A stretch of 64,000 nt of DNA from positions 5,038 through 69,037 of the forward strand of contig CAZOVA010000003.1 of the NCBI GenBank assembly GCA_964583625.1, written 5' to 3'. Below are positions 1 through 8,530 of the stretch, in pieces. Every line of letters begins with the position of its first letter. The first letter of the stretch is position 1. The notes under the pieces are model-generated. The model was not told where the DNA came from, made no database searches, and saw only the letters and a program-made list of their open reading frames with translations. The stretch comes from an uncultured Pseudomonadales bacterium. GTDB lineage: Bacteria; Patescibacteriota; Microgenomatia; UBA1400; PJMF01. The translations under genes were made by a program, and so were the position numbers.

Positions 1-364
1 CCAAAACGCTTTTCAGGATGCTTTGGAATTAAGCGAGCTGGTAAAAAGAACCAAGCGCAGTCGGAGTAAATTGCATCCCGCTACTAAAGTTTTTCAGGCT
101 TTAAGAATTGCTGTTAATAGTGAATTAGACAATTTGCAAAAAGTATTACCTCAGGCATTTAAACTCTTAGCTCCAGGCGGTCGTTTGGTGACGATTGCTT
201 TTCATGAAGGAGAAGATCGTTTGGTAAAACACTTTTTTAGTGAGCTGCAGGCTAAAAATTTAGCTCAACCTGTTTTTAAAAAACCTCTTGTACCAGACAA
301 ACAAGAATTGTCCAATCCTCGGGCACGGAGCGCCAAACTCAGAGTGCTAGAAAAGAATGATTGA
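1..364 (+). CDS. rsmH: 16S rRNA (cytosine1402-N4)-methyltransferase RsmH/MraW, C-terminal part (gene starts upstream of window)
   Basis: C-terminal RsmH-like sequence ([15 protein letters not shown]...[24 protein letters not shown]); frame open to window start; followed by ftsL-like and ftsI genes (dcw order). Confidence 0.8.
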   Translation, partial: QNAFQDALELSELVKRTKRSRSKLHPATKVFQALRIAVNSELDNLQKVLPQAFKLLAPGGRLVTIAFHEGEDRLVKHFFSELQAKNLAQPVFKKPLVPDKQELSNPRARSAKLRVLEKND

Positions 365-376
365 AAAACACAAAAA

Positions 377-661
377 ATGAAAAAATTAACGATTAACTAC
401 TATCTAATTTTAATTTTAGGTTTGATAATTCAAGCTGTTTTTGTCGTTTTTTCAGGAAATATTTCTATCGCTGCTAGTTTGGAGACCAAAGCTCTTCAGG
501 CAGAAAATCAAGCTATCACTAGTCGACTCTATTTATTAGAAGACAAAATTAGCACTTATAATTCCAGCTACCATTTAAATTCTGTAGCCGATCTATCTCT
601 CTATGAACCCATCAATAAACGGATCACGATTGCTAGCAAAAATCTGGCCAGCTTGCCATGA
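377..661 (+). CDS. FtsL/DivIC-like cell division protein (N-terminal TM + coiled coil)
   Basis: 94 aa, single N-terminal TM helix then heptad-like region; position between rsmH and ftsI; stop overlaps ftsI start (ATGA). Confidence 0.5.
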   Translation: MKKLTINYYLILILGLIIQAVFVVFSGNISIAASLETKALQAENQAITSRLYLLEDKISTYNSSYHLNSVADLSLYEPINKRITIASKNLASLP

Positions 662-2412
662 AAAAACCTGCTTTAAGGCCAGTTTATAAAAAACCAGCCA
701 ATCAGCAACAATTACAACTGAGAACAAAAATTATTTTGTCTTTGGCTTTTTTAGCTTTCCTTTTTCTTTGGGCTCGTTTTTTTTATTTACAGATTTTTCA
801 AGGGCAACACTATAATCAGCTAGCCCAGAATCAATATCAACAATTGGTCAGCTATCAAGGCGAAAGAGGAAAAATCTATACCAGCGATAATCAATTATTA
901 GTTGGTAATCAACAAGTTTACCAACTTTATTTTGAACCCGCTACCCTCAATTTGTCTTTAGCAGAATTTTATCAATTAATCAGCCCGATTATTTTAGTTG
1001 ATCCCGAAGCGAGCGCTAGTTTGAAAACTTTGGAAACTCTTAGTTTGCAAGCGGAAGCAAAAAAAACTCGGGGAATTGTCGCTATCGCTAATAATCTTAA
1101 CCAAGACAGTAAGGATCAACTAAGCTCCTTGCCGATTACTGGCTTGCAATTTCAAGCTAAGACAAAAAGATTTTACCCTGAAAAAAATATGGCCGCTCAT
1201 ACTTTAGGCTTTTTAAGTAAAGACAAAAGCGAAGGGCATTATGGCATTGAAGGTGGGCTCAATAAAGAGCTGGAAAGTAAAAATAGTCAGTCTCTGGTGA
1301 CGGTAGACGGTTTCAAGAGTCCTATTTTTACCAATAGCAATTTAATTGAAGACAATTTGGCTGGTCGTGATATTTATCTTACTTTACGCAAAGACATTCA
1401 GATTTTAGTTGAAGATTCACTGGCCACGGCTATGCAAAAATATGGCGCTAGTCGAGGGGAAATCATTGTTATGGATCCTAAAACGGGAGCCATCTTAGGT
1501 TTAGCGACTGCTCCTAACTATGATCCAGACAAATATTATCAGGCAGAGACCTCTTTATATAAGAATCCCGCTATTGTTGACTTATTTGAGCCAGGTTCAA
1601 CCTTCAAAATTTTAACTGTAGCAGCAGGCATTGACGCTGGATTAATTTCTCCTTATACGCCTTGCACCAGATGTAGCGGACCGCGCACCATTGATAAATA
1701 TACTATTCGGACCTGGAATGATGTTTATCATCCCAATATTGATATGACTCAAGCATTGGAAAAATCAGACAATATTGCCATGATTTTTATTAGCGATCTT
1801 TTAGGGGGTAAACGTTTAAGAGAGTATTTGCAAAAATTTGGTATTGGGGAAAAATTAAATTTGGGAACGCAAGAAGAAGTAGCAGCAATTGATTTAGAAA
1901 AATGGGCTTGGGGACCAACGGAAGTAGCAACGCGGTCCTTTGGTCAAGGGATCAGTTTGAGCAGCCTGCAACTTTTAAGAGCTGTCGGAGCGATTGCCAA
2001 TGAAGGCAGAATGATGCAACCTTATTTGGTAAGCAAGGCAGTTGATAAAGCTACTGGAGAAGTTTTCGTCACCCAGCCTCAAGTTTTAAGCCAGGTAGTG
2101 AGTGAAGAAACAGCCAAAACGGTCAGCAAAATGTTACAACAAGCAGCCCAACATGGTGAGGCTCAATATATTTATAAAAATACTGATAGTATTGCTGGAA
2201 AAACTGGGACAGCCCAAATTGCGACCAAAGGAGGTTATGAAAAAAATGACACGATTGCGAGCTTTATTGGTTTTGCTCCTTATGACGACCCAAAATTCAT
2301 TATGTTTGTTAAATTTGAGCGACCACGCTCTTCTCCTTGGGCAGCTGAAACAGCGGCGCCCACTTTCAAAGATATTGCCGAAAAACTTTATTTAATTTTT
2401 GGCCTCAATTAA
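658..2412 (+). CDS. ftsI: Penicillin-binding protein, class B transpeptidase (FtsI/PBP2-like)
   Basis: SxxK (GSTFK), SxN (SDN), KTG (KTGTAQ) motifs; N-terminal TM anchor; dcw context. Confidence 0.85.
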   Translation: MKKPALRPVYKKPANQQQLQLRTKIILSLAFLAFLFLWARFFYLQIFQGQHYNQLAQNQYQQLVSYQGERGKIYTSDNQLLVGNQQVYQLYFEPATLNLSLAEFYQLISPIILVDPEASASLKTLETLSLQAEAKKTRGIVAIANNLNQDSKDQLSSLPITGLQFQAKTKRFYPEKNMAAHTLGFLSKDKSEGHYGIEGGLNKELESKNSQSLVTVDGFKSPIFTNSNLIEDNLAGRDIYLTLRKDIQILVEDSLATAMQKYGASRGEIIVMDPKTGAILGLATAPNYDPDKYYQAETSLYKNPAIVDLFEPGSTFKILTVAAGIDAGLISPYTPCTRCSGPRTIDKYTIRTWNDVYHPNIDMTQALEKSDNIAMIFISDLLGGKRLREYLQKFGIGEKLNLGTQEEVAAIDLEKWAWGPTEVATRSFGQGISLSSLQLLRAVGAIANEGRMMQPYLVSKAVDKATGEVFVTQPQVLSQVVSEETAKTVSKMLQQAAQHGEAQYIYKNTDSIAGKTGTAQIATKGGYEKNDTIASFIGFAPYDDPKFIMFVKFERPRSSPWAAETAAPTFKDIAEKLYLIFGLN

Positions 2413-2458
2413 TCTTTAGTTCAACCGGGTATTTTAATGCTTGACCTTAAATTTTGCC

Positions 2459-2487
2459 TTGAAAAAAGACCTATAATATGATATAAT
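2459..2487 (+). promoter_or_regulatory. Sigma70-type promoter: -35 TTGAAA, 17-nt spacer, extended -10 TATGATATAAT; shares module AAAGACCTATAATATG with promoter at 19541
   Basis: TTGAAA(2459-2464)-N17-TATAAT(2482-2487) with TRTG -16 element; GGAGG RBS and start codon about 40 nt downstream. Confidence 0.5.
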
Positions 2488-2528
2488 CCTTGATCGGTAG
2501 GTGATCTTTCACAAATAAACAAGTCAGA

Positions 2529-2999
2529 ATGGAGGAGAGAGATGTGAGTGAGGAAGAGTTGACCAAAACTTCGGCTACTAAAACTAATGACGATCCTAAA
2601 AGAAAAAGACCGCTTAGTGTTTGTTCAAAAGTGATTCTTGTTTTTAGCGCAACGCTCATTTTTGCTGGGTTCGTATGGCTACAGTCTTCTTGGGAAAATA
2701 GTAAGAGAAAGACTATGGTGACACTATTAAATCCAGGAGAAATGATCATTCTTTACCTTGATGACCAAAGAACGGAAAACATTTTGCTTGAACTAAGTAC
2801 TTATGGCGGTGGCGCTCTTTATCGCCAGTCCCTCAATCGACAGCTATTTTTTTACCGCTTAGATGAAAAGAACATTCCTATTAATGTCGACTATTACCTT
2901 TTACTGAAGAGTCAAGAAAGAATTCTCTTAGATGATGTTTTCAGGGATATCATGGATAAAGAAAATATTATCTGGGATAAAATCCAAAGATTCGATTAA
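2529..2999 (+). CDS. Hypothetical membrane-anchored protein
   Basis: ORF with GGAGGAGAGAG RBS (alternative GTG start at 2544); one TM segment (VILVFSATLIFAGFVWL); no recognisable family. Confidence 0.5.
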   Translation: MEERDVSEEELTKTSATKTNDDPKRKRPLSVCSKVILVFSATLIFAGFVWLQSSWENSKRKTMVTLLNPGEMIILYLDDQRTENILLELSTYGGGALYRQSLNRQLFFYRLDEKNIPINVDYYLLLKSQERILLDDVFRDIMDKENIIWDKIQRFD

Positions 3000-3070
3000 G
3001 TTTTTCAAAGGAGATGATCAAAATGTGGAAAACAATTTTCTTCAGAACTATTAAAAAGGGGGAAGAGACA

Positions 3071-3607
3071 ATGAAAAACAAAGGCAAACTTCGGTTGGCG
3101 CTCAGTCTCGTTTTGGCGATTTTAATGATGACTTCTCTTTTTCAAGTGGCCTTAGCCACAGACACGATCTTCATTCAACCGGGATCCTGGGTTTTTGTTA
3201 AACTTAAAACTTTAACTGAGACAGGAGAACAAGAAAATATTCTGATCGATTTTCCGGCAAAAGGTGAGGGTGGTTTTTTAAGTCAGTTTGATCGTGAACG
3301 GATTTTGCTAATTACGGTCAACCCTGAATTAGAAGAAACCCTGCCTCCTACTCACCACTACTATCGCGCGACGTCTTTTTTTGGTAGACGCATCAATCTT
3401 GATAAGCTGATGACCGACATTGACGCAGGCGAAACTGGACTTTGGAGCAAAATAAAGTCAAATTCCAAAGAAGCTGGTGCTTGGGTCTGGGATAAGTCTC
3501 AAGATTTTAGCCAGTGGCTGACGGACAAATACCAGGAATGGGGAGTTATCGAATTTATCGAAAATAAGGGCTGGGGCGACAAGATTAGGAAATTTTTTGG
3601 TCGCTAA
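3071..3607 (+). CDS. Hypothetical secreted protein (signal peptide MKNKGKLRLALSLVLAILMMTSLFQVALA)
   Basis: ORF track start 3014; internal Met at 3071 gives a canonical signal peptide and is preceded by a G-rich RBS; Trp-rich C-terminus. Confidence 0.5.
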   Translation: MKNKGKLRLALSLVLAILMMTSLFQVALATDTIFIQPGSWVFVKLKTLTETGEQENILIDFPAKGEGGFLSQFDRERILLITVNPELEETLPPTHHYYRATSFFGRRINLDKLMTDIDAGETGLWSKIKSNSKEAGAWVWDKSQDFSQWLTDKYQEWGVIEFIENKGWGDKIRKFFGR

Positions 3608-3626
3608 GAAAGACAAACTACCACTT

Positions 3627-3659
3627 CCCCTTGAGTTAACGCTCAAGGGGAATTTTATT
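3627..3659 (+). terminator. Rho-independent terminator
   Basis: CCCCTTGAG-TTAACG-CTCAAGGGG hairpin followed by AATTTTATT. Confidence 0.55.
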
Positions 3660-3721
3660 AAAAATAGAGCTTTTTTACTGTTCTTTTTAGCTTATAATAG
3701 TTTTTGTGTCCCTTGAAAAAA

Positions 3722-3808
3722 GGAAGCGTCGCCTAGTGGCTATGGCAACAGACTTGAAATCTGTCGGACGTAAGTCCATCGTGGGTTCGAGTCCCACCGC
3801 TTCCGCCA
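3722..3808 (+). tRNA. tRNA-Ser (anticodon UGA), type II with long variable arm, CCA encoded
   Basis: Acceptor GGAAGCG/CGCTTCC, 3-bp D stem, anticodon stem ACAGA/TCTGT with loop CTTGAAA (U33, TGA, A37), variable arm CGGACGTAAGTCCATC, T arm GTGGG-TTCGAGT-CCCAC, discriminator G then CCA. Confidence 0.85.
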
Positions 3809-3842
3809 AAATTAAAAAACTTTTCTAGAAAGATTCATTAAA

Positions 3843-5156
3843 ATGAAAAAAGTCAAAGTTTCTATCCAAGATGAAAATACTTTAGTTCTCCAAGAAGATG
3901 GTCAAAAAGGAGATTTAATCGACCTTTCTTCTTTGCATGATCTCGATATTGATAAATCAACCATCAAAGGCGTGGTTGACTCAATTAAAAAGGATGTTTT
4001 TGAAACTGAGGTAGAAAAAGTACGTAAAACTATTGAACAGCAAAAAGAATTAGAAGCTCGACTCAAAGAACAAAAACTTCTAGAAGAAATTGCGGTCTTA
4101 GGGAAAGAAAAAGAATCAGCTATTAAATTAGCTGAAGCCAAGGCAAAGAGCTTATCACAAGAAGATCTTGCCAAAAAAGAAGCTGAAATTACCAAGCTCC
4201 AATCTCAAATAGAAGCTGCCCAAACCGAAAAAAAACTAGCTGTTTCAGAGGCTCTTAAGATAGTTGAAAAAGAACGAGATGAGTTGCGACACAAACTTGA
4301 CAAACAAAACTCAGAGGCAAAGCTGTTTGCTGCTGCCATTAAAGAGAAATATGAGCACGAACTGAAAAGTAAAGAAGACATGATCGATTACTATAAAGAT
4401 TTGAAGGTCAAGGCTTCTACTAAAATGCTAGGCGAAACTCTCGAACAACATTGTGAAATTGAGTTTAACAAATGGCGAGCCACTGCTTTTCAAAATGCTT
4501 ACTTTGAAAAAGACAATGATACCACAAGCGGCACTAAAGGCGATTATATTTACCGCGAAAATGATGCTCAGGGTGTGGAAATTATTAGTATCATGTTTGA
4601 GATGAAAAACGAAGGAGATGAGACAGAAAATAAAAAGAAAAATGAAGATTTCTTTAAAAAACTCAATGAAGATAGAACTAAAAAAAAATGCGAGTATGCT
4701 ATTCTAGTTTCATTATTAGAAGCTGATAGCGAGTTATATAATACTGGCATTGTCGACGTCTCACATAAGTATCCCAAGATGTATGTCATTAGACCGCAGT
4801 TTTTTATTCCCATGATCACACTACTAAGAAATGCAGCTTTAAATTCACTTAAATATAAGTCCGAGCTTGCTTTGATAAGAGAACAAAATATTGACATTGC
4901 CAATTTTGAAGATAATATGAATTCATTTAAAGAAGGTTTTTCTAGAAATTATGAGCTAGCTAGTAGAAAATTTAAAACAGCGATTGAAGAGATTGAAAAA
5001 ACTATCACTCATTTGCAGAAAACGAAAGAAGCTTTGTTATCGTCAGAAAATAATTTACGATTGGCCAATAATAAAGCTGAAGATTTGAGCATCAAACGTC
5101 TCACTAGTGGCAACCCCACCATGCAAAAAAAATTTGCTCAATTACAAAAGAAATAA
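3843..5156 (+). CDS. DUF2130-like protein: N-terminal coiled coil and C-terminal domain with a PD-(D/E)xK-like motif (GDYIY...[10 protein letters not shown])
   Basis: 437 aa; about 170 aa of Lys/Glu-rich heptad repeats, then a globular domain; D...ExK spacing resembles the restriction-endonuclease fold; architecture parallels RmuC-type proteins. Confidence 0.55.
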   Translation: MKKVKVSIQDENTLVLQEDGQKGDLIDLSSLHDLDIDKSTIKGVVDSIKKDVFETEVEKVRKTIEQQKELEARLKEQKLLEEIAVLGKEKESAIKLAEAKAKSLSQEDLAKKEAEITKLQSQIEAAQTEKKLAVSEALKIVEKERDELRHKLDKQNSEAKLFAAAIKEKYEHELKSKEDMIDYYKDLKVKASTKMLGETLEQHCEIEFNKWRATAFQNAYFEKDNDTTSGTKGDYIYRENDAQGVEIISIMFEMKNEGDETENKKKNEDFFKKLNEDRTKKKCEYAILVSLLEADSELYNTGIVDVSHKYPKMYVIRPQFFIPMITLLRNAALNSLKYKSELALIREQNIDIANFEDNMNSFKEGFSRNYELASRKFKTAIEEIEKTITHLQKTKEALLSSENNLRLANNKAEDLSIKRLTSGNPTMQKKFAQLQKK

Positions 5157-5272
5157 TTTTTACAAAACATTATTAATATCTAATTGCTAATACGAAAAAG
5201 TTAGCCTTTTAGTATTCTTAAATTAGTTGGGCAAATTAAAAATTTTAAATTAAGTCAACTTTTGCCAGCCAG

Positions 5273-5698
5273 CTATCGCTTTTTACTTTTTTCTTTATTC
5301 TCCCAAATTTCCTTGAGCACAAAAAAAACTTCGTCAACTTCTTTATCATTATTTAAAATCAAACTATCAGTTTCTGCCAATGAATTAGTTTGTTCATCAA
5401 TTGACTTTGCTTTTCTTTGGCCAATTAAAACAATAGCTAAGACCATTAGTTCTGAATAAAGAAGATCTAAGTCATAAACAATTTTTTCCAAACCTCTTTT
5501 ATCAATACGTAAAGCGAGATTTTGAGCCTGATATTTTTCTTTTAAATAATGGCAAATACGTTCATCTAGCCTCCAAGCCTCAGCTTTGAAGTCTATTTCT
5601 GGAGAGAGACTGACCAACCAGTTTTTCCTCCAATTAGCTTTTTCACCACCTGTTTCTTTTATCGACATCATGACTGTGAATTGTAACACATTTTTCAC
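5273..5698 (-). CDS. Hypothetical protein
   Basis: 141-aa ORF convergent with the DUF2130 gene; no recognisable motifs beyond a weak Rx6H. Confidence 0.4.
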   Translation of the reverse strand: MKNVLQFTVMMSIKETGGEKANWRKNWLVSLSPEIDFKAEAWRLDERICHYLKEKYQAQNLALRIDKRGLEKIVYDLDLLYSELMVLAIVLIGQRKAKSIDEQTNSLAETDSLILNNDKEVDEVFFVLKEIWENKEKSKKR

Positions 5699-5754
5699 TC
5701 AACTACCTTTTTCTCTTAGCTATCGATGTTTTTGTTATATAATATTAAAAAATT

Positions 5755-6705
5755 ATGCTAAAGGAGCAGTTTTTACCAGATCAAGAAAAAAAAATAGTTA
5801 TCAGCGCTAGTAGTTCCAAGAGGAGAAATGCGGCCTTGAGGATTTTGCCCAATTTGAGTGTTTATGACCATCCTGGTCCAACAGCAGAAATAGAAAATTC
5901 TGATCAGTCTTTGATTGCGAAAGATAAATGTGATTATTTAGTTTCTTTATTTAGAGATTTTATCAATCTGATGAATAGTCGGGAAATTGATAGTCAGGAG
6001 AAACAGGAATTTTTAGAACAAAATTCAGCTTTGGTTAATACTATTTTTCGAGTCATCGCTTTTGGCGATTCTTTTCAAATTATTGGCGGCGATACGCAAA
6101 CTCAAATCCCCATTATTGATCGTCGTAGTCCTAGCGATAGTGGCTTTTTCTATCAAAGCTTTGGCAAGCCAGAGGAGGAGGAAGAAGTAAGAGAACACTT
6201 TGCTAGTATGAGTCGTACTCAACAAGCAATTTATCGAGTTTTTTCTGGTTCCAATATCTCTACTTATACTGCTGCTCATGCTTCTCCTTTGGAAGTTCGG
6301 CATATGCAAAAGGTGGTTGTTTATTTAAGACCAGAGATGGTGAAACACTTTTCGACTCATAAAGGTTTTAATGATTACAAAGCTGCTTTTGAAAACTTTT
6401 ATCAATCTCCTGCTTATGACCAAAATAATCATGAAGCCTTAACGATGAAAAATATTTCTGGAGGTATGTCTTTACCAGTTTTTATTCAAGAAAAGGCAGT
6501 TGAAGCGATAGAATTTAATGGTCAAAAAGTGACTCTTGGTGAAGCTAATAAAGAATTTTTGAAAAAAATTATTTATGCGGTGGCAGTTGGCTACTCACCT
6601 TTGGTTTTAGATCAAATTACTCCCGGAGCTTATCAATTTACTTTGGATAATTGGTCTTGGCTGGAAGAAGTTGTCAAACAAATAAAACCTCATGCTAAAA
6701 AATAA
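5755..6705 (+). CDS. Hypothetical protein (316 aa), translationally coupled to the DUF488 gene
   Basis: Long ORF; TATAAT about 18 nt upstream; 14-nt overlap with downstream ORF; acidic EEEEE stretch. Confidence 0.5.
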   Translation: MLKEQFLPDQEKKIVISASSSKRRNAALRILPNLSVYDHPGPTAEIENSDQSLIAKDKCDYLVSLFRDFINLMNSREIDSQEKQEFLEQNSALVNTIFRVIAFGDSFQIIGGDTQTQIPIIDRRSPSDSGFFYQSFGKPEEEEEVREHFASMSRTQQAIYRVFSGSNISTYTAAHASPLEVRHMQKVVVYLRPEMVKHFSTHKGFNDYKAAFENFYQSPAYDQNNHEALTMKNISGGMSLPVFIQEKAVEAIEFNGQKVTLGEANKEFLKKIIYAVAVGYSPLVLDQITPGAYQFTLDNWSWLEEVVKQIKPHAKK

Positions 6706-7069
6706 GTCTATTCTTTTGCCAGCTAAAAAAACAGACGGTATCAGAGTTTGTGTCATGCGCAGTGTTCACGATGACTATCAATTTGATCTTTGGTATCAGG
6801 CTTTAGCTCCCAGTCGAAAATTAGTGGCAGCTTATGTCATTAAGAAGAAAATTTCTTGGAAAAGGTTTAAAAAACTTTATCAACAAGAACAAAAAAACCA
6901 AGAACCTTATTTGGAAAGTTTATTGAGATTAATTAAAAAAGCTTCCCTTCATAATCTTGACGTCACCCTTTTGTGCGGTGAAAAGGACTATCATGGTTGT
7001 CATCGGGAACTGATCATTGAACGTTTGCGCCAGCTTGATCCCAGTAGCGCTCACCTTTTACCTCATTGA
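6692..7069 (+). CDS. DUF488 family protein
   Basis: RVxxxR...W...LAPSxxL...VTLLCGEKDxxxCHR pattern characteristic of DUF488. Confidence 0.65.
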   Translation: MLKNKSILLPAKKTDGIRVCVMRSVHDDYQFDLWYQALAPSRKLVAAYVIKKKISWKRFKKLYQQEQKNQEPYLESLLRLIKKASLHNLDVTLLCGEKDYHGCHRELIIERLRQLDPSSAHLLPH

Positions 7070-7089
7070 GTGTTTCTATCATCCAATTT

Positions 7090-7992
7090 TTACTTTAAGC
7101 CAAGAATTGGCGGTATTTGCTTTTTTTTAAATTGTCCTGGACCAGTAAAAAGTTGCCAGATTAATTCAAGATTTTGCTTCAGATCTTCTCTGTGAGGAAA
7201 AAGCTGTTTCATATTTTTAGTTTCCTCCTCATTAAGTTTAAGAAGAGCAGGAAGCCGATTAGCTTGCCAAGCTTTTTCAGTCAGTTGCCAGAGTTTCTCA
7301 GCCCGCCCCCAATTTTGTGACCAAAATTGGAGCAATTTTTCTTGAAAGATCTCAGTCATTGGATCACCTAAGTTTTGTTCAATACTTTGTTGCGGACTAA
7401 GTTCGGCGCTGGGATGAATCTGAAAAATTGCTGGGGGTAAATTTATGTTCATGTCTTGAGCAAGATTTTTAGCTTGCTGATAAACCTCGCTTTTCCATAA
7501 ATTTCCTAAGGGGCAGGCATAGCCAGTTAAATCTCCATAAAGTGTTCCATAGCCAGTTAATAATTCATTTTTATTGGCATTACAAGGGAAGAGAGCATCA
7601 TAGTAATTGGCTAGACCAGCCAAAAGTTGTCCTCGAATTCTAGCTTGAATATTCTCATCACTTTTACTAAGTACTGGCCAAGAGAGTCGATGCTCGTCTT
7701 TATTGACAGTTTGCCAAAAATTTTTTACCAAATCATCAATTGGTAATATCAAATATTGGCATTTTAAACTCTGAGCGATTGAAGCGGCATTTTTTTTAGT
7801 AAGATGACTATTATGACGACTAGGAAAATTAATCAGCGCCACATTTTTTGCCCCCAAAGCCGCGACATGGAGTAAGGCGCTGTAAGCACTATCAATGCCA
7901 CCACTCAAACCAAGCAAGCAATAATTTTTTTTAGCCTTGAAGAAAAAATCAGCAATCTCTCGAATTAATTTTTTATTAGTTTGACTAAGCAT
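7090..7992 (-). CDS. nadE: NH3-dependent NAD+ synthetase
   Basis: PP-loop SGGxDS (GLSGGIDSAYSALL); NadE-like length and downstream motifs. Confidence 0.85.
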   Translation of the reverse strand: MLSQTNKKLIREIADFFFKAKKNYCLLGLSGGIDSAYSALLHVAALGAKNVALINFPSRHNSHLTKKNAASIAQSLKCQYLILPIDDLVKNFWQTVNKDEHRLSWPVLSKSDENIQARIRGQLLAGLANYYDALFPCNANKNELLTGYGTLYGDLTGYACPLGNLWKSEVYQQAKNLAQDMNINLPPAIFQIHPSAELSPQQSIEQNLGDPMTEIFQEKLLQFWSQNWGRAEKLWQLTEKAWQANRLPALLKLNEEETKNMKQLFPHREDLKQNLELIWQLFTGPGQFKKKQIPPILGLK

Positions 7993-8020
7993 TTACTTTA
8001 TTTTAACTCTAATTTTATGT

Positions 8021-8026
8021 TATAAT
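8021..8026 (+). promoter_or_regulatory. Extended -10 (TATGTTATAAT) directly upstream of the 8037 start; probable leaderless or short-leader transcript
   Basis: TATAAT at 8021-8026 overlaps the first in-frame ATG (8025); next ATG at 8037 lies 10 nt downstream of the -10. Confidence 0.4.
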
Positions 8027-8036
8027 GTTTGACATT

Positions 8037-8483
8037 ATGGCTCCTTGTGCAGTTTGTGTTGTAGCAATTAGTGGTGGTTTAGGGATTTCTCGAGCCTTAG
8101 GGATTGATGATGCGATGACGGGAGTTTGGGTGGGAGCCCTACTCTTATCTTTGGCCACTTTGACTGTTAATTGGTTAAAAAAGAAATGGCCGAGTAAACA
8201 ATTTTTACCAGTCAGCGGTTTTCTTCTGACCTACCTTTTAATTTTACCTTTTTTCTTTACTTTTGATCTTTTCGCCAATAGCCCAGAAATTTTTGGCTAT
8301 AAAAGTTTGGCTCTTGGCATGATTGTTGGCACGATCTTTCTTGCCCTCGGTCTCTACACAGATCAGGTCTTGCGTCGTTTAAAAGCAGATGACAATAAGG
8401 GCTTCTTTCCTTTCCAAAAAGTTTTTGTGCCTGTCTTTTTTCTTTTGTTGGCTACTTTGATGATGTGGTTTTTAACTAGCTAA
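8037..8483 (+). CDS. Hypothetical polytopic membrane protein
   Basis: 4 predicted TM helices; track start 8025 overlaps the -10 box, so 8037 is preferred. Confidence 0.5.
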   Translation: MAPCAVCVVAISGGLGISRALGIDDAMTGVWVGALLLSLATLTVNWLKKKWPSKQFLPVSGFLLTYLLILPFFFTFDLFANSPEIFGYKSLALGMIVGTIFLALGLYTDQVLRRLKADDNKGFFPFQKVFVPVFFLLLATLMMWFLTS

Positions 8484-8530
8484 TTTTTATCAGGTTTTTA
8501 GAGAAAAAAAACTTTTATTATTGTATAATA

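Noticed and set aside
2102-2395. Alternative-frame ORFs within ftsI, eno, gpmI, transketolase and PBP genes (e.g. 2102-2395, 24916-25161, 25264-25662, 26892-27092, 33359-33568)
   Set aside because: They are embedded in or antisense to well-supported conserved genes, lack RBSs, and are treated as spurious.
3809-7089. Integrated mobile element at tRNA-Ser
   Set aside because: No integrase/recombinase gene and no direct repeat of the tRNA 3' end were found at the far boundary, so it is kept only as an accessory block and not a called mobile element.
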